DNA of 64,000 nt from a virus. Every line of letters begins with the position of its first letter. Positions within the stretch are counted from its first letter, which is position 1. Below the pieces are notes generated by a model. It saw only the letters and a program-made list of their open reading frames with translations. It was not told the DNA's origin and ran no database searches. Positions 19,294 through 29,903 of the stretch are shown here, one piece after another. Position numbers and translations under genes: made by a program. The DNA is taken from positions 96,001 through 160,000 of IMG/VR virus record IMGVR_UViG_3300024054_000008; one strand, given 5' to 3'.

Positions 19294-19758
19294 ATGGGCA
19301 AACTAAAACACATAGCAAATAACATAGCAAAAACAGCAAATCAACCAATTGAGTTAAAAGGTCCGTTCAAAAAATGGAAGCCTCTATCATTTGGAGGAAG
19401 CTTACATACAGTCGTAGAACAAATAGACATATCAGGAAAACCATATTTTGATTCAATGCAAGAATTAATGAATGTGCCAGAAGAAGACATACGTGAAAAT
19501 CAAACTCACGAATTTATTGTTGATATTGATTGGTTTTATGACAAACCAGATAAAAGCGTTGGGTGGGTGGGAGGCTATGAAATTCAAGGCTATGAAATAT
19601 TAGCTATAGACGAATTAGAAATACTAAACAAAGAAGACTCAAAAATATTAGAGAAAGCGCTAAGTAAAGCTATTTATAGTAAACAAAACGAATTAGCAGA
19701 TGAAGCTAGGAAAAAAGATGAAGAAAATTTTGATGTTCCGGACGATTTTTACTATTGA
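19294..19758 (+). CDS. hypothetical acidic protein with IANNIA N-terminal module
   Basis: ORF track. Confidence 0.5.
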   Translation: MGKLKHIANNIAKTANQPIELKGPFKKWKPLSFGGSLHTVVEQIDISGKPYFDSMQELMNVPEEDIRENQTHEFIVDIDWFYDKPDKSVGWVGGYEIQGYEILAIDELEILNKEDSKILEKALSKAIYSKQNELADEARKKDEENFDVPDDFYY

Positions 19759-20558
19759 TTCAAAACTGCAAGTTCAAAATGCATGCCGTCCAACCTGTCC
19801 CACCAACCTCCCCAATAAAACCCATTGTCGGCGGCAATTGAAACCAACTCTCTGACTGACCCTTTCTTACCAACTAAAGCAGGAGTCATTCTAAGACCGT
19901 TCCACGGAGCATTTATATCGAATGCGGTCCCGTACGCATGATTAGACAAAACTGACCTTGAACCGCGTACAAATCTAGGAACCCACATTCCTGACCAAGT
20001 AATAACGAGATCAAGCAGTCCTTCTTTTTCCCAAGCCTTCCAAAGTTTTATCATCGGATCAACCACAAGTTTATGAACACTTATAACAGATGAAGTTTTA
20101 CCAACAAGTTGGTTGTTTTGATAAATACCTGGTATTTTTGATAACTGTGGGATTTCAACCCTTACTATGTTATTTTTTGTCCAATCATTTGTTATAATTA
20201 TTGCTTCTGGATCAGAAACAGCATTTGCTGATTTGTATTCTATATGTCCAAACATTTTTTCACGATCGGCATAGTTTAAAGATGAAAAATTTGGTTTTGG
20301 CGGCCAATTAGCCCCAGATTTGTCTAAGTTATTATCATCTAAAATTTTAAACCCAAGCATTAAAGCTTTTCCAAGTGTTTCTCCACCAACTTCACCATCA
20401 TCACCTAAATTGTTTTCACGTTGGAAATCTTTGGTGGCGTCTTTAGTTGCCTGATCAAAATTACCATCAACCTCCAACCAATAAAACCCAAGACCCCTGA
20501 GAAATTCTTCCCAAACTAGAACGTCATCGCCAACACACCCAACACGAAGAACTCTCAT
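19752..20558 (-). CDS. endolysin: N-terminal PG-binding domain plus M15-family peptidase
   Basis: DGNFDQATKDATKDFQRENNL PG-binding motif; SNHAYGTAFDIN and DGMHFE zinc-peptidase motifs. Confidence 0.85.
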   Translation of the reverse strand: MRVLRVGCVGDDVLVWEEFLRGLGFYWLEVDGNFDQATKDATKDFQRENNLGDDGEVGGETLGKALMLGFKILDDNNLDKSGANWPPKPNFSSLNYADREKMFGHIEYKSANAVSDPEAIIITNDWTKNNIVRVEIPQLSKIPGIYQNNQLVGKTSSVISVHKLVVDPMIKLWKAWEKEGLLDLVITWSGMWVPRFVRGSRSVLSNHAYGTAFDINAPWNGLRMTPALVGKKGSVRELVSIAADNGFYWGGWWDRLDGMHFELAVLNQ

Positions 20559-21352
20559 TTATCATCTCCATATATTGTTGTTTCTGGAAGAACCACAATG
20601 TTTGTCTCAAGTTGAGGAACGCCTGGCTGTCTGAACACAGACATTACGCCTTGATGGCTAGCTAATTCAGCAAGTTCTTTACTTTTTAATATATTTTGTA
20701 GTTTTTCTTCATTGTCATTAACAACACATGCATTTAGAACCAAAACACAATTTTGTGAATAATCAACATGATGCATATCATGAGCTGTCCCACGACCTTG
20801 TATAACCCTATAATACATGCCAGTTATGGGATCTTTTGTTAAAGACGCACAGACTTCACCCTTTATTCCATGAAAATCATTACCAGTAAAATGCCACCCA
20901 TAATTAACTGCACGATTAGGCTTCTGTGACAAAATTTGGTCAATGCACCAATGTTTTCCTACGGTTGATACAAGTTCATGACCGGTATAATTTGATTGTT
21001 TTGACAACAAATTATCAATTGCCTGGCTTTGTTCTACCATAATTTTAGTAGACGCTGTTATTGACCTAGTAATTGGGGTTATTCTAATTTGAGCCTGATC
21101 AAATATTAAATCAGCTAATTTAGCCGTTAGAAGTGATGCTCCAACTATATCAGCTATTTGTTGTTCAAGATGAGCTGAGACATTTACACGTATACCATCT
21201 ATTTTTAATGCATCAGATGAAACCCAAAATTTTGCTTTATGTTGACCAACAACTGAAACAATAGGAACCCACTCAATCTGATAGTTACCATCCTTCACAC
21301 ATTGTAAAATATAAGATTCGCGTTCTTCTATAGACTCAGGAAATTGAATCAT
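20555..21352 (-). CDS. hypothetical protein
   Basis: 265 aa ORF coupled to the endolysin gene. Confidence 0.55.
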   Translation of the reverse strand: MIQFPESIEERESYILQCVKDGNYQIEWVPIVSVVGQHKAKFWVSSDALKIDGIRVNVSAHLEQQIADIVGASLLTAKLADLIFDQAQIRITPITRSITASTKIMVEQSQAIDNLLSKQSNYTGHELVSTVGKHWCIDQILSQKPNRAVNYGWHFTGNDFHGIKGEVCASLTKDPITGMYYRVIQGRGTAHDMHHVDYSQNCVLVLNACVVNDNEEKLQNILKSKELAELASHQGVMSVFRQPGVPQLETNIVVLPETTIYGDDK

Positions 21353-21579
21353 CTTAAAAATAATACGAATCAGGAACTTAACATGTTTTGGGCTAGAAAA
21401 ATAAAAGAAGACAAGACACCTTGGAGATGGACGTTAAGACGCAAAGACGGGTCAGTATTGGCATTTGCTACTGAACCAATACAACTAAAATCTCTCTTCG
21501 ACAAAAAGACTTTGATAGAAGGAAGCGAGATTTACGATAAAAAACTTGACAAAATAATCAAAAGCCTGGATGATATCAA

Positions 21580-22017
21580 ATGAACCAAAATATTGTAAAA
21601 TCTTTAGAACCGGAATTCGAGTTAAAAGAAAGAACGTCTGGTTCTGTACTACATAGACCGGCACCAGGAAAAACAAAATATGAAATAAGGATCGAAACCA
21701 ATGTCTGGACAACAGATAATGAAATCATACACAGAAGACATTCAAAATTAATTGGGATAGTATTTGTGGGTAATAACGCTGAAATAGCATTCACAAAATC
21801 AGCGAATAAAAAACAATCAACCAAACCAAAAATCTTTAGAATTTATAAAGTTTTTACTTCAAAGAAGTCAAAACAAGCAATTGATCATGCTGAAAACATG
21901 ATCTGCGAATGCATAGCACCAAGAAATCTGTTGGAAATAAAACGGGCAAAACTGGGAGAAAAAATGTTCAAATTTATAAACGAACAATTAGCTGTAATCG
22001 ACGTCATCGAATCTTAA
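21580..22017 (+). CDS. hypothetical protein with the shared C-terminal motif (IDVIES)
   Basis: ORF track. Confidence 0.55.
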   Translation: MNQNIVKSLEPEFELKERTSGSVLHRPAPGKTKYEIRIETNVWTTDNEIIHRRHSKLIGIVFVGNNAEIAFTKSANKKQSTKPKIFRIYKVFTSKKSKQAIDHAENMICECIAPRNLLEIKRAKLGEKMFKFINEQLAVIDVIES

Positions 22018-22126
22018 TTCTTGGATGAAATGATCAACATCTAAGTCAAAACTAAATTTTGACAAAAAATCACAAGAGACTGATATTTCATACCAATCTT
22101 TGGAAGAAATACCGTCTAGTTTATAA

Positions 22127-22414
22127 TCAAACTTTTGCGGCACGTCCAAGAGCTTCATAATTTTTCTTAAACTCTGCTTCATTACCAGATTCAAACGCAT
22201 CATTCATTTTTTCAAGCAAACCCCTAACCATATCTTGGCCAGGCTTTGACTGTGGAAGAGCTGTCTGCTCTTGACTTTCTTCAACACTGCATTCATCAAG
22301 AGCGACCAAGATGCGCTTTATGTCATTCACTACTAAATTACGGTCTGGTTTTTTAGAACTTTCAACAGCGGAAGCTATATTGTTCAATGCCTTAACAACT
22401 TCTGATGGTTTCAT
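22127..22414 (-). CDS. hypothetical protein with LNNIAS...PDRNLV N-terminal module
   Basis: module similar to the N-terminus of 29904-30863. Confidence 0.55.
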   Translation of the reverse strand: MKPSEVVKALNNIASAVESSKKPDRNLVVNDIKRILVALDECSVEESQEQTALPQSKPGQDMVRGLLEKMNDAFESGNEAEFKKNYEALGRAAKV

Positions 22415-22441
22415 TTGTCATAACGTTCAATAAAAACCGTA

Positions 22442-22978
22442 TTATGATATAATTATATATTCGGTCATAAGTTCATTTATTTTTTGTTTATCTTCAACAC
22501 ACCATAAAAGCGGGTCTGGAATTTTGGCCAGCTCTTCAAGCATCTGATAAAATCTTGAGTTAAAAACCATTTTGTGACCATTCAAATATTTTATGAACTC
22601 GATAAACGAATCCATGACATGATCCGGGTAATCATTACAAAATTTGGTACTATACCGATTGCACATAAATCTAGATATCAATTCATTAAGATAATATACA
22701 AACGGAGAATCGAGATTAAAATCAGCCGATAGGCGAGTTCTTAACATTTTATCTTTCAATATTACCGAATAGAGTTCCGTGTCATTAAATATAAATCTAT
22801 ATATAGATTTGCATTCAATATTCTCAACATGCAATAATCCGCCAAATTTCATATCAAAAAATGATTGTAAAGACCTTTTGACATTTTCAGTACTTGGTTT
22901 ATTTTTAAATACTACAAGACATCTTGTACCTTTCGGTTCGAGATGCGAAATAAACATATTTCTATTAAGTTTGGACAC
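22442..22978 (-). CDS. hypothetical protein
   Basis: ORF track. Confidence 0.5.
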   Translation of the reverse strand: MSKLNRNMFISHLEPKGTRCLVVFKNKPSTENVKRSLQSFFDMKFGGLLHVENIECKSIYRFIFNDTELYSVILKDKMLRTRLSADFNLDSPFVYYLNELISRFMCNRYSTKFCNDYPDHVMDSFIEFIKYLNGHKMVFNSRFYQMLEELAKIPDPLLWCVEDKQKINELMTEYIIIS

Positions 22979-23019
22979 AACCTAATGTAAATTACAATTA
23001 TTAAGATTTACGGACAAAA

Positions 23020-23493
23020 ATGAATTTGCCGCCTGGACCATGGGACAACGAACCTGATAAGTTAGAATTTGAATTTGATGGAGTACCATGTAGAATAACA
23101 CGTAATGACAGTTTCGGCAATCTTTGCGGATACGCAGCTCTAACAGAATACCATCCATACTTCAAGTGCGGGTACAACAATATACATTATAACGTACACG
23201 GTGGACTCACATTTTGTGGCTTCCAACATTCAGAAAATTCATTGTGGTGGATAGGATTCGATTGTGCACATAGCGATGATGTTATTCCAAGTTTTGACAA
23301 AATAAATTTTAAAGACGCGACTTATAAGACTATAGATTTTGTAAAATCTGAATTAACGAAATTGGTGAAACAAATAAATGAAGAATTGTGTATTGCGTGT
23401 TTGCACAAATATTCAGAACATCAAAACGGAATATGCTCCCATGAATGTGAATGCGCAAAGCTATTAAAAACAAGACAGGTCATAACAGGATGA
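23020..23493 (+). CDS. conserved phage hypothetical protein
   Basis: GPWDNEPD, GNLCGY, VHGGLTF and WWIGFDCAH motifs of a common phage family. Confidence 0.65.
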   Translation: MNLPPGPWDNEPDKLEFEFDGVPCRITRNDSFGNLCGYAALTEYHPYFKCGYNNIHYNVHGGLTFCGFQHSENSLWWIGFDCAHSDDVIPSFDKINFKDATYKTIDFVKSELTKLVKQINEELCIACLHKYSEHQNGICSHECECAKLLKTRQVITG

Positions 23494-23728
23494 AAAGAAT
23501 AAATGTTGATGGCGTTTTAGCTAAATTTCACGAGCGAGCCGTTGAGTTTATTTATGAAAATTCTTTGGTTGCTGACATGATTGACGACAAACCATCAAAT
23601 GTAAGAAATTGATCCGGGTAAAGTTGCGATTTTGTGGTCAACAGTTTACAATGTTAATGAACATGAACTAATCAGATCAAATTCATGGGAAAAGATTTTG
23701 GGGTTATTGAGTGGTTCTAAGGGCTGAA
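23490..23728 (+). pseudogene. apparently frameshifted small gene
   Basis: MKRINVDG...PSNV continues in another frame as EIDPGKVAILWSTVY...GSKG after one extra base near 23606. Confidence 0.3.
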
Positions 23729-24195
23729 TGAAATGAAATCAAAACGCGGAAAAAACGAATCGATAATACAAATATGTAATGATTTAGATTTATATACATC
23801 ATGCATATACCTACCAGATATTCCGAATGCAAAATTAATAGACTTTGACTTTTTAGGACATGCGTACAAGCTAACAGTTGAAATAAGCGAAAACAAATTT
23901 CAAGATTTCATCCTAGAACCACATAAATGTTTGGGAACTTTATGTGAAAAAGTTAAAAATTATTTAAGAATCAACAACTAACTTTGCCTTACATTCATCT
24001 TCTTCACACTCTTCAAGTGGTTGATCCTTTATGATTTTCATTTTTACACAATCTAAATGCTAAATCATTTAATTCTTCAAGTATTTTTTTTGTCTTCTTC
24101 GACCATAATTGAATGTTTAAGTTGATTTACGATTTTCTTATCCCAATCATTATTCCGATCAATAGTCATAGCCGTCTAATTGCCATTTTATTAAA

Positions 24196-25143
24196 ATGGC
24201 GTATAGTTACAATACCAATAATACACCAGCTACTGGATCAGTATCTATATATACATTTAAAGAATTGCTAAAAACAGCTGGGTGGACTGTCATGAGTTCA
24301 AGTGATGGAACCACTTATAATTCATCTGGTGATCAAATAACATCAGGGTCATCAGGTGCTAACGGCATGGCTAACAACTCTGCTTGGTTTCGAATACGCA
24401 TGCCATCAACAGACGGGGTTACACGTGAATACACTTTTCAGAGGGGGACAACAAATGTGGCTTGGCGCATAAAATATAGTTATTCAGCTGGATTCACGGG
24501 CGGATCACCAGGAGCAACACAAACTCCATCAGCAACAGATGAACAGACATTATTTGGTGGCGGAACAGACGCGGCACCAAGCTTTTCAACATTGTTTGGA
24601 ACTGATGCTGGGTATAGGTTTAACGTAATAGCCGGCGGATCAGCAGAAGGGTATGTGTTCTTCGCTTTTGGATTCCCGAATGGCGGCGGTACTCCAACTA
24701 ATTATATGTTTATTGAACGAATGTCAACAGGCTCATTTCCGACATCAAACGTAGAACCGTATGTTATGAAATTTGCTAATAGTTCGCCAACTGTTTCAGA
24801 GATAACGTCAACTACAATTGGTCCAAAAGGCTGGCTGGCAAAAGGGCTGGCTGGTGAGGGGTTCGTGTTTATACCAGCTGACAGTATGACGGATAACACT
24901 TCAACAATGCAAAAAGCATTAGGAGCAAATTCGTATACAGGAATTGATGATTTGCTTCCAATCTTATATGCACGACGTTCTGCATTAGGGGCTCCGTCGG
25001 GTTATATGGGTATAGGATCAATGTTAAGATATCCAAGCACAACTAGAACGACTGGTGATACATATACAATTAGTTCAACTAGAGATCGTATTGTAGTTGG
25101 AGACGTGGTCGTTCCTTGGGACGGTTCAACACCAACAATATAA
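24196..25143 (+). CDS. Gly/Ser/Thr-rich putative virion or tail protein, paralog 1
   Basis: beta-rich composition; strong similarity to 25432-26403. Confidence 0.55.
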   Translation: MAYSYNTNNTPATGSVSIYTFKELLKTAGWTVMSSSDGTTYNSSGDQITSGSSGANGMANNSAWFRIRMPSTDGVTREYTFQRGTTNVAWRIKYSYSAGFTGGSPGATQTPSATDEQTLFGGGTDAAPSFSTLFGTDAGYRFNVIAGGSAEGYVFFAFGFPNGGGTPTNYMFIERMSTGSFPTSNVEPYVMKFANSSPTVSEITSTTIGPKGWLAKGLAGEGFVFIPADSMTDNTSTMQKALGANSYTGIDDLLPILYARRSALGAPSGYMGIGSMLRYPSTTRTTGDTYTISSTRDRIVVGDVVVPWDGSTPTI

Positions 25144-25145
25144 CA

Positions 25146-25432
25146 TGGCAACCGCTGTTTCAGGCTCAAATTATTCATCACCAACGTCTTTGTTGGCAAC
25201 AATAGGACCAGTTCCTGGTGATGATTTGAAGTTTGGTGGAAGAGTTGCTGTTAAATATTTTCGTATGAGAGCCGTTGACGCGAACGCAGCAACATCACCG
25301 CCGACATACAGAACGTGGACAGTAAAAAACGACCCAGACTACACAGGTGCACAATATACAGGACAATATAGTGGAGCATCACCAAACTTAACGTCAATAG
25401 TAATACAAGATACAATAGAAGTTGAAGAGTAA
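25146..25432 (+). CDS. small putative virion protein between the paralogs
   Basis: ATG at 25146; tightly packed. Confidence 0.5.
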
Positions 25433-26403
25433 TGGCCTATATTTTTGATCATAATTTATCACCATCGACAGGTTCTATTGTAGTTTACCGTTTAAAGCAA
25501 TTGCTAAAAACAGCTGGGTGGACCGTCATGAGTTCAAGTGATGGAACCACTTATAATTCATCTGGTGATCAAATAACATCGGGAAGTTCTGGGTCCGGAG
25601 GTTATGGTAACAACTCTGCTTGGTTTCGAATACGCATGCCGTTAATGGACGGGGTTACACGCGAATTCATTTTTCAACGTGGCTTGGGAACTGACACTAG
25701 CCTAAGAATGAAATATAGTTATTCAGCTGGGTTCACAGGCGGATCACCAAGCGCCACACAAACCCCAAGCGCCACAGACGAACAATACGTTACTGGTGGC
25801 GGAACAGACGCGGCACCAAGCTTCGCTGCATTATTTGCAGCAAATGGAACATATAAAGCTAACATTATAGCAGGCGGAGAAAACGAAGGGTACGTGTTTG
25901 TAGTACTGACTCCAGCCAACTCAAACACAACTGTATCATCTACTACTTGGTATTTAGAACGAATGCAGGCAAACACTTATCCGCAATCAGACCCAGACCC
26001 ATATGTAATGGGCGGCAACGCAACAAATCCAACTTCATCAAACATATCATCTGCAACATCTATAATAAAAGGTTGGCTTGGGAAAGGAACATCTATACAA
26101 GGTTTTGTTAGTATAGCACCAGGATTTCCATCTGACACAACAACAACGTTTGTAAACAATTTAGGGTTAAATGCAAACACAAGACAAGAAGACCTGCTTC
26201 CTATGATTTATGCCAGGAGATCAGCTTTAGGGTCTCCTGCCGGGTATAAAGGAATTGGGTCTATGTTGAGATGGAATAGTTATTTTCACGGATCATCAGG
26301 ATCAATGTCAATAACTAAAGTCATATCAATAAACTCAACGAATGATTACATCATTGTGGGTGATTTAGTTGCACCGTGGAATGGGTCTACGCCAATAACT
26401 TAA
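25432..26403 (+). CDS. Gly/Ser/Thr-rich putative virion or tail protein, paralog 2
   Basis: 80-nt block 25501-25580 matches 24265-24344 except for one base. Confidence 0.55.
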   Translation: MAYIFDHNLSPSTGSIVVYRLKQLLKTAGWTVMSSSDGTTYNSSGDQITSGSSGSGGYGNNSAWFRIRMPLMDGVTREFIFQRGLGTDTSLRMKYSYSAGFTGGSPSATQTPSATDEQYVTGGGTDAAPSFAALFAANGTYKANIIAGGENEGYVFVVLTPANSNTTVSSTTWYLERMQANTYPQSDPDPYVMGGNATNPTSSNISSATSIIKGWLGKGTSIQGFVSIAPGFPSDTTTTFVNNLGLNANTRQEDLLPMIYARRSALGSPAGYKGIGSMLRWNSYFHGSSGSMSITKVISINSTNDYIIVGDLVAPWNGSTPIT

Positions 26404-26609
26404 CCTTCTACAACTTCTTTAACTGCTTCATCAACACAAATTTCTTTTATGTTCGAGCTATTTAAAGATTCAGATGGCTTATCTGTCATAAAGTCTACGA
26501 ATCCGTTATAAATTTTATTGTCACCATATTCTTCAATTTGGTAATTTTTACAGTCAAATTCTTTCTTAGATGGTACATAAATTGGTGTTTTTAATTTTGA
26601 TCCATCCAT
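26400..26609 (-). CDS. hypothetical protein with the shared C-terminal motif (KEVVEG)
   Basis: ORF track. Confidence 0.5.
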   Translation of the reverse strand: MDGSKLKTPIYVPSKKEFDCKNYQIEEYGDNKIYNGFVDFMTDKPSESLNSSNIKEICVDEAVKEVVEG

Positions 26610-26621
26610 AATAACTATACC

Positions 26622-26810
26622 TCAAGATTCGACCACATCTTTTGCGTGGTCTTCACGTTCGAGCTGAATTTGAACAGCATTACTCATTAGATACTTATTT
26701 AAAGTTATTGGGTCAATCCAAAACCAATCATCTTTTTTCCATCCACGAGATTCAAGAAAACTAATATCGTTGCATTTAGCTTTCCAAGCTTCGTACATTG
26801 CATCACTCAT
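26622..26810 (-). CDS. hypothetical protein with the shared C-terminal motif (KDVVES)
   Basis: ORF track. Confidence 0.55.
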   Translation of the reverse strand: MSDAMYEAWKAKCNDISFLESRGWKKDDWFWIDPITLNKYLMSNAVQIQLEREDHAKDVVES

Positions 26811-26828
26811 GTTGTATTTTACAACATG
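26808..26828. promoter_or_regulatory. palindromic back-to-back leaderless promoters
   Basis: CATGTTGTA-TTT-TACAACATG; each strand reads TG-TAnnnT-N5-ATG. Confidence 0.55.
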
Positions 26829-27185
26829 ACGTTTGATCTTCAGAGTTTACAACTTAGAACATCATGGGCAAAGTCCACATCAGAAAGACTTGTACGTGGG
26901 GTACAAGAATTTAAAACTGACGCACGCATGAGCGAAAGATTGAAACAAAGGAAATGTCTAGCATGTTTTTATTTAAGAGGGCCTTCCGTAGCCGGCCAAG
27001 CTTTTACTGAATGGACATGTTTAGGTTGTAGCAAAACTGATATGCACTCCTGCACAGCCGTGCCAATGCTGTGCAATGAGTGTTCAGATAAATTCGGGGC
27101 CTGTGATAAATGTGGCTCAGATTTAGATTTAAAGATTAGGAAAGAATTGATTAGAAAACGTAAAGTTGATAATGTTAAACGTTAA
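26826..27185 (+). CDS. hypothetical zinc-finger protein
   Basis: four CxxC pairs. Confidence 0.55.
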   Translation: MTFDLQSLQLRTSWAKSTSERLVRGVQEFKTDARMSERLKQRKCLACFYLRGPSVAGQAFTEWTCLGCSKTDMHSCTAVPMLCNECSDKFGACDKCGSDLDLKIRKELIRKRKVDNVKR

Positions 27186-27367
27186 AATAATTGGATACTC
27201 AGAAACAAAAGATGTCGAAAAAGTCTATAGTCCTTATTCAGAAAAAATCATAGAACTAAATCCGCAAAATGATACTTACAGAGCAACATTATGTTTAGAA
27301 CTACCAAATGGTAAAAAATTGAAAGTCAAAATAACAAAAGAAGAACTAAACGAAGTAATTTCATTGT

Positions 27368-27784
27368 TCAACCAAGAACAACTTCATGAGTCGCAATAAA
27401 ATCAAAAGAATCTTCCATGAATTTAGAATAAAAAATTTCATCAAAAATAACTCTTCTATTTGTTATTTCAGCGATTTCAGATGCTAAAATGTCTGAATAG
27501 GCGTTTTGACTAACTTTGCCATTATAATTTATAAACAAAACTTTGCGATCTTTGATTTCAGCAACAGACAATTTCTTGATCTCATAAAATTCTATTTCAT
27601 GTACATCAGATTTAACAACAATTATTTCAAATTTATTTGTCAAAACCAAAACTAAACAAATCGAGAGATCTGAATAAACAGGTAGATCTCTGCGTAACAT
27701 TATTTTAGGAATTATCATGGAACGTTTAAATCCATCTGTACTAATTTCTTCATATGCGAAAAAACCAATTTTTTTGTCATTCAT
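27368..27784 (-). CDS. hypothetical protein with the shared C-terminal motif (HEVVLG)
   Basis: ORF track. Confidence 0.5.
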   Translation of the reverse strand: MNDKKIGFFAYEEISTDGFKRSMIIPKIMLRRDLPVYSDLSICLVLVLTNKFEIIVVKSDVHEIEFYEIKKLSVAEIKDRKVLFINYNGKVSQNAYSDILASEIAEITNRRVIFDEIFYSKFMEDSFDFIATHEVVLG

Positions 27785-28110
27785 GATTCTAAAACCGATA
27801 TTGTTTTTAGATAGTCTTCTGAGATGTCTTCTATCGGGATGAACATTGTGTCTACGGCAAGGTTAGTCATACGACCGACGCTTTCATGTTTTTTAATTGG
27901 TCTACTAGAAACTGCAGCATAATGCGGCATCAAATTATAAATGCAATCTGAACAAATAACTTTTATGTTACCATCAACTGAATGGAAAAAATCCAACAAA
28001 GACTTTGAATACATTACATGAGAAGGCTTAGAATTATTAGTATGCCAAGCACTTCGTATACAGCCGAACGACACATCCCCATATTTGATACAAAACTCTT
28101 CGAGAGTCAT
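27781..28110 (-). CDS. hypothetical protein of the LxEFxxKYG paralog family, with the shared C-terminal motif (ISVLES)
   Basis: similar to 44842-45177 and 45394-45729. Confidence 0.55.
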   Translation of the reverse strand: MTLEEFCIKYGDVSFGCIRSAWHTNNSKPSHVMYSKSLLDFFHSVDGNIKVICSDCIYNLMPHYAAVSSRPIKKHESVGRMTNLAVDTMFIPIEDISEDYLKTISVLES

Positions 28111-28145
28111 AAGAAAATATACAAACAAGAAATGTAATTTACGAT

Positions 28146-28505
28146 ATGGGCGTACCGAGAAGTGGTAGAAAAATAACTGTTGATAGTGTTCAATTCAAAT
28201 GGAAATTAGCGTGTAAATGGGAACGTTCTGTTTGGAACGGTGACAATGAAGATAGACTTGGTGGCGTGCTTTTGATTTGGGTTGACAATGATAACATGAG
28301 AAACATTTGTAAATTAAAAATTAGTTGGAAACGTGATTTTTCAGTAACACCAGAAGTAGTGTCAATAATTATAAAACAAGCTGTAAAATCTGGATGGGAT
28401 ATAAAAAGACCGAAGAATCAATTTAATTTTAAAGAAATCAAAGTTGAAGATATGGAAACAAAAATGAAAGACTTGATGAAAACAAAAGAACTTTTAGAAT
28501 TGTGA
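28146..28505 (+). CDS. hypothetical protein
   Basis: GRKITVDSVQFKW...VTPEVVSIIIKQAVKSGW; leaderless pattern. Confidence 0.55.
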   Translation: MGVPRSGRKITVDSVQFKWKLACKWERSVWNGDNEDRLGGVLLIWVDNDNMRNICKLKISWKRDFSVTPEVVSIIIKQAVKSGWDIKRPKNQFNFKEIKVEDMETKMKDLMKTKELLEL

Positions 28506-28580
28506 ATTCTTTTCTATTTCGATAAGTATTTTCAACAATTCACGTCCATGTTGTTGAGAATTACGTAGTAATTCATTCAA

Positions 28581-28616
28581 TTGTGAGATCGTATTTGGTT
28601 GTGAGATCGTATTTGG
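28581..28616. repeat. perfect 18-bp tandem duplication inside ORF 28494-28724
   Basis: TTGTGAGATCGTATTTGG x2, encoding PNTISQPNTISQ. Confidence 0.85.
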
Positions 28617-28720
28617 GTATGCCTCAGATCTTATTCGCTTACTAAAATTTTCAATTTCAAGTTTTGCGTGATCAAGAGCGTCTAAAATTCTCTGTTGATT
28701 TTCTATTGTTCTATATGAAG

Positions 28721-29176
28721 TCATTCGCTTACTATTTCGTGAGTTTTAATGACATCAAATACATCTTTTAAAAATTGCTTAATGACATTTAATACATCAT
28801 GATCAAATTCAAATTTAATAGAACTCTTTGTTATTTCAAGAATACATTGAGCTAACATGTGTTCCGGAGAGTATTTATCAGACAGCCTCATATATGTTGG
28901 TTTACTATTAAACGAAATAAAATCGTCTAATACTTTAGCTACAGGAATTACAGAATCAAAATTAACATCAGCAAAGACAGCCTCTATTATAAAATCATCT
29001 TGTTTATTTAATCTCAAAAACACACCATTTATATTATCACTTTGTAATAATATAAATGGTTTTGACATACTCATTCCGGTAACACCAGAAAAAACTGATC
29101 TACTTGGACCGCTTGGACCGATTGGACCCCTTGGACCCAAGGGGCTCATTGCACCAAATATTGGGTTATTTTTCAT
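28721..29176 (-). CDS. hypothetical protein with short G-P-x repeat and the shared C-terminal motif (HEIVSE)
   Basis: ORF track. Confidence 0.5.
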   Translation of the reverse strand: MKNNPIFGAMSPLGPRGPIGPSGPSRSVFSGVTGMSMSKPFILLQSDNINGVFLRLNKQDDFIIEAVFADVNFDSVIPVAKVLDDFISFNSKPTYMRLSDKYSPEHMLAQCILEITKSSIKFEFDHDVLNVIKQFLKDVFDVIKTHEIVSE

Positions 29177-29197
29177 GATTATTTATTTTACATCCTA

Positions 29198-29593
29198 TTA
29201 AGAAAAAATTCTTTGAGTCAAAACGATTGAGGTTGCTTCTTCTTTATCAATTTCACGCCAAACGAACGGAACGTCAAATCTCGGGCTACGTTTATTACAT
29301 GAACCACATTTAACAGTAACTGAGGATAAAGTTGAGAACGAAACGTAAAAATGCAGTGCCAAATTCTCGCAATGTGAAAAGCCAACCTTTTCACCGTTTT
29401 CCCAAAGAGAGCCGCAGATGAAAATTGGATTTCCTGCTTCATCAAATTGATTTGCATACGGGTTAAGAATTGTTTTATTGGATTTTGAATTCGAATTCGA
29501 ACGAGTGAATTTCCAAGTTAAAGAAAAAAGAAAAATTAATAAAACTGATAAAATTGGCCAAGTCAAAATTATAGTTAACTGAAGGTTTGTCAT
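29198..29593 (-). CDS. hypothetical membrane-anchored protein
   Basis: N-terminal hydrophobic helix. Confidence 0.5.
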   Translation of the reverse strand: MTNLQLTIILTWPILSVLLIFLFSLTWKFTRSNSNSKSNKTILNPYANQFDEAGNPIFICGSLWENGEKVGFSHCENLALHFYVSFSTLSSVTVKCGSCNKRSPRFDVPFVWREIDKEEATSIVLTQRIFS

Positions 29594-29903
29594 TCTTAAT
29601 CTAAAACGATGTCACGAGTTTTCAAAAAATTTATTGCGTCAGAAACAAAGTTTTGTATTTTATCTGACCTAGGTTGACCTGGTCTAAACAAAATTTCTAA
29701 ATCTGGACCGATAACTTCACAAATTATACGAGCGTAAGTTTCACCTGGAATTGATATGTGAAATTGATAGACTCTAGAATCTATTGTATGAGAATTTAAA
29801 GAGCGTAATTCAAGAATTCCAAAACGCTCAGTTCTGGAAAAACGTTTCTCAAAAATATAATTAAATTTTGGCTTTCTCACGAAAAAAGTTACGCCGAAGA
29901 AAT

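Noticed and set aside
29100-29145. Collagen-like G-P-x repeat
   Set aside because: Only about four triplets, too short for a collagen helix.
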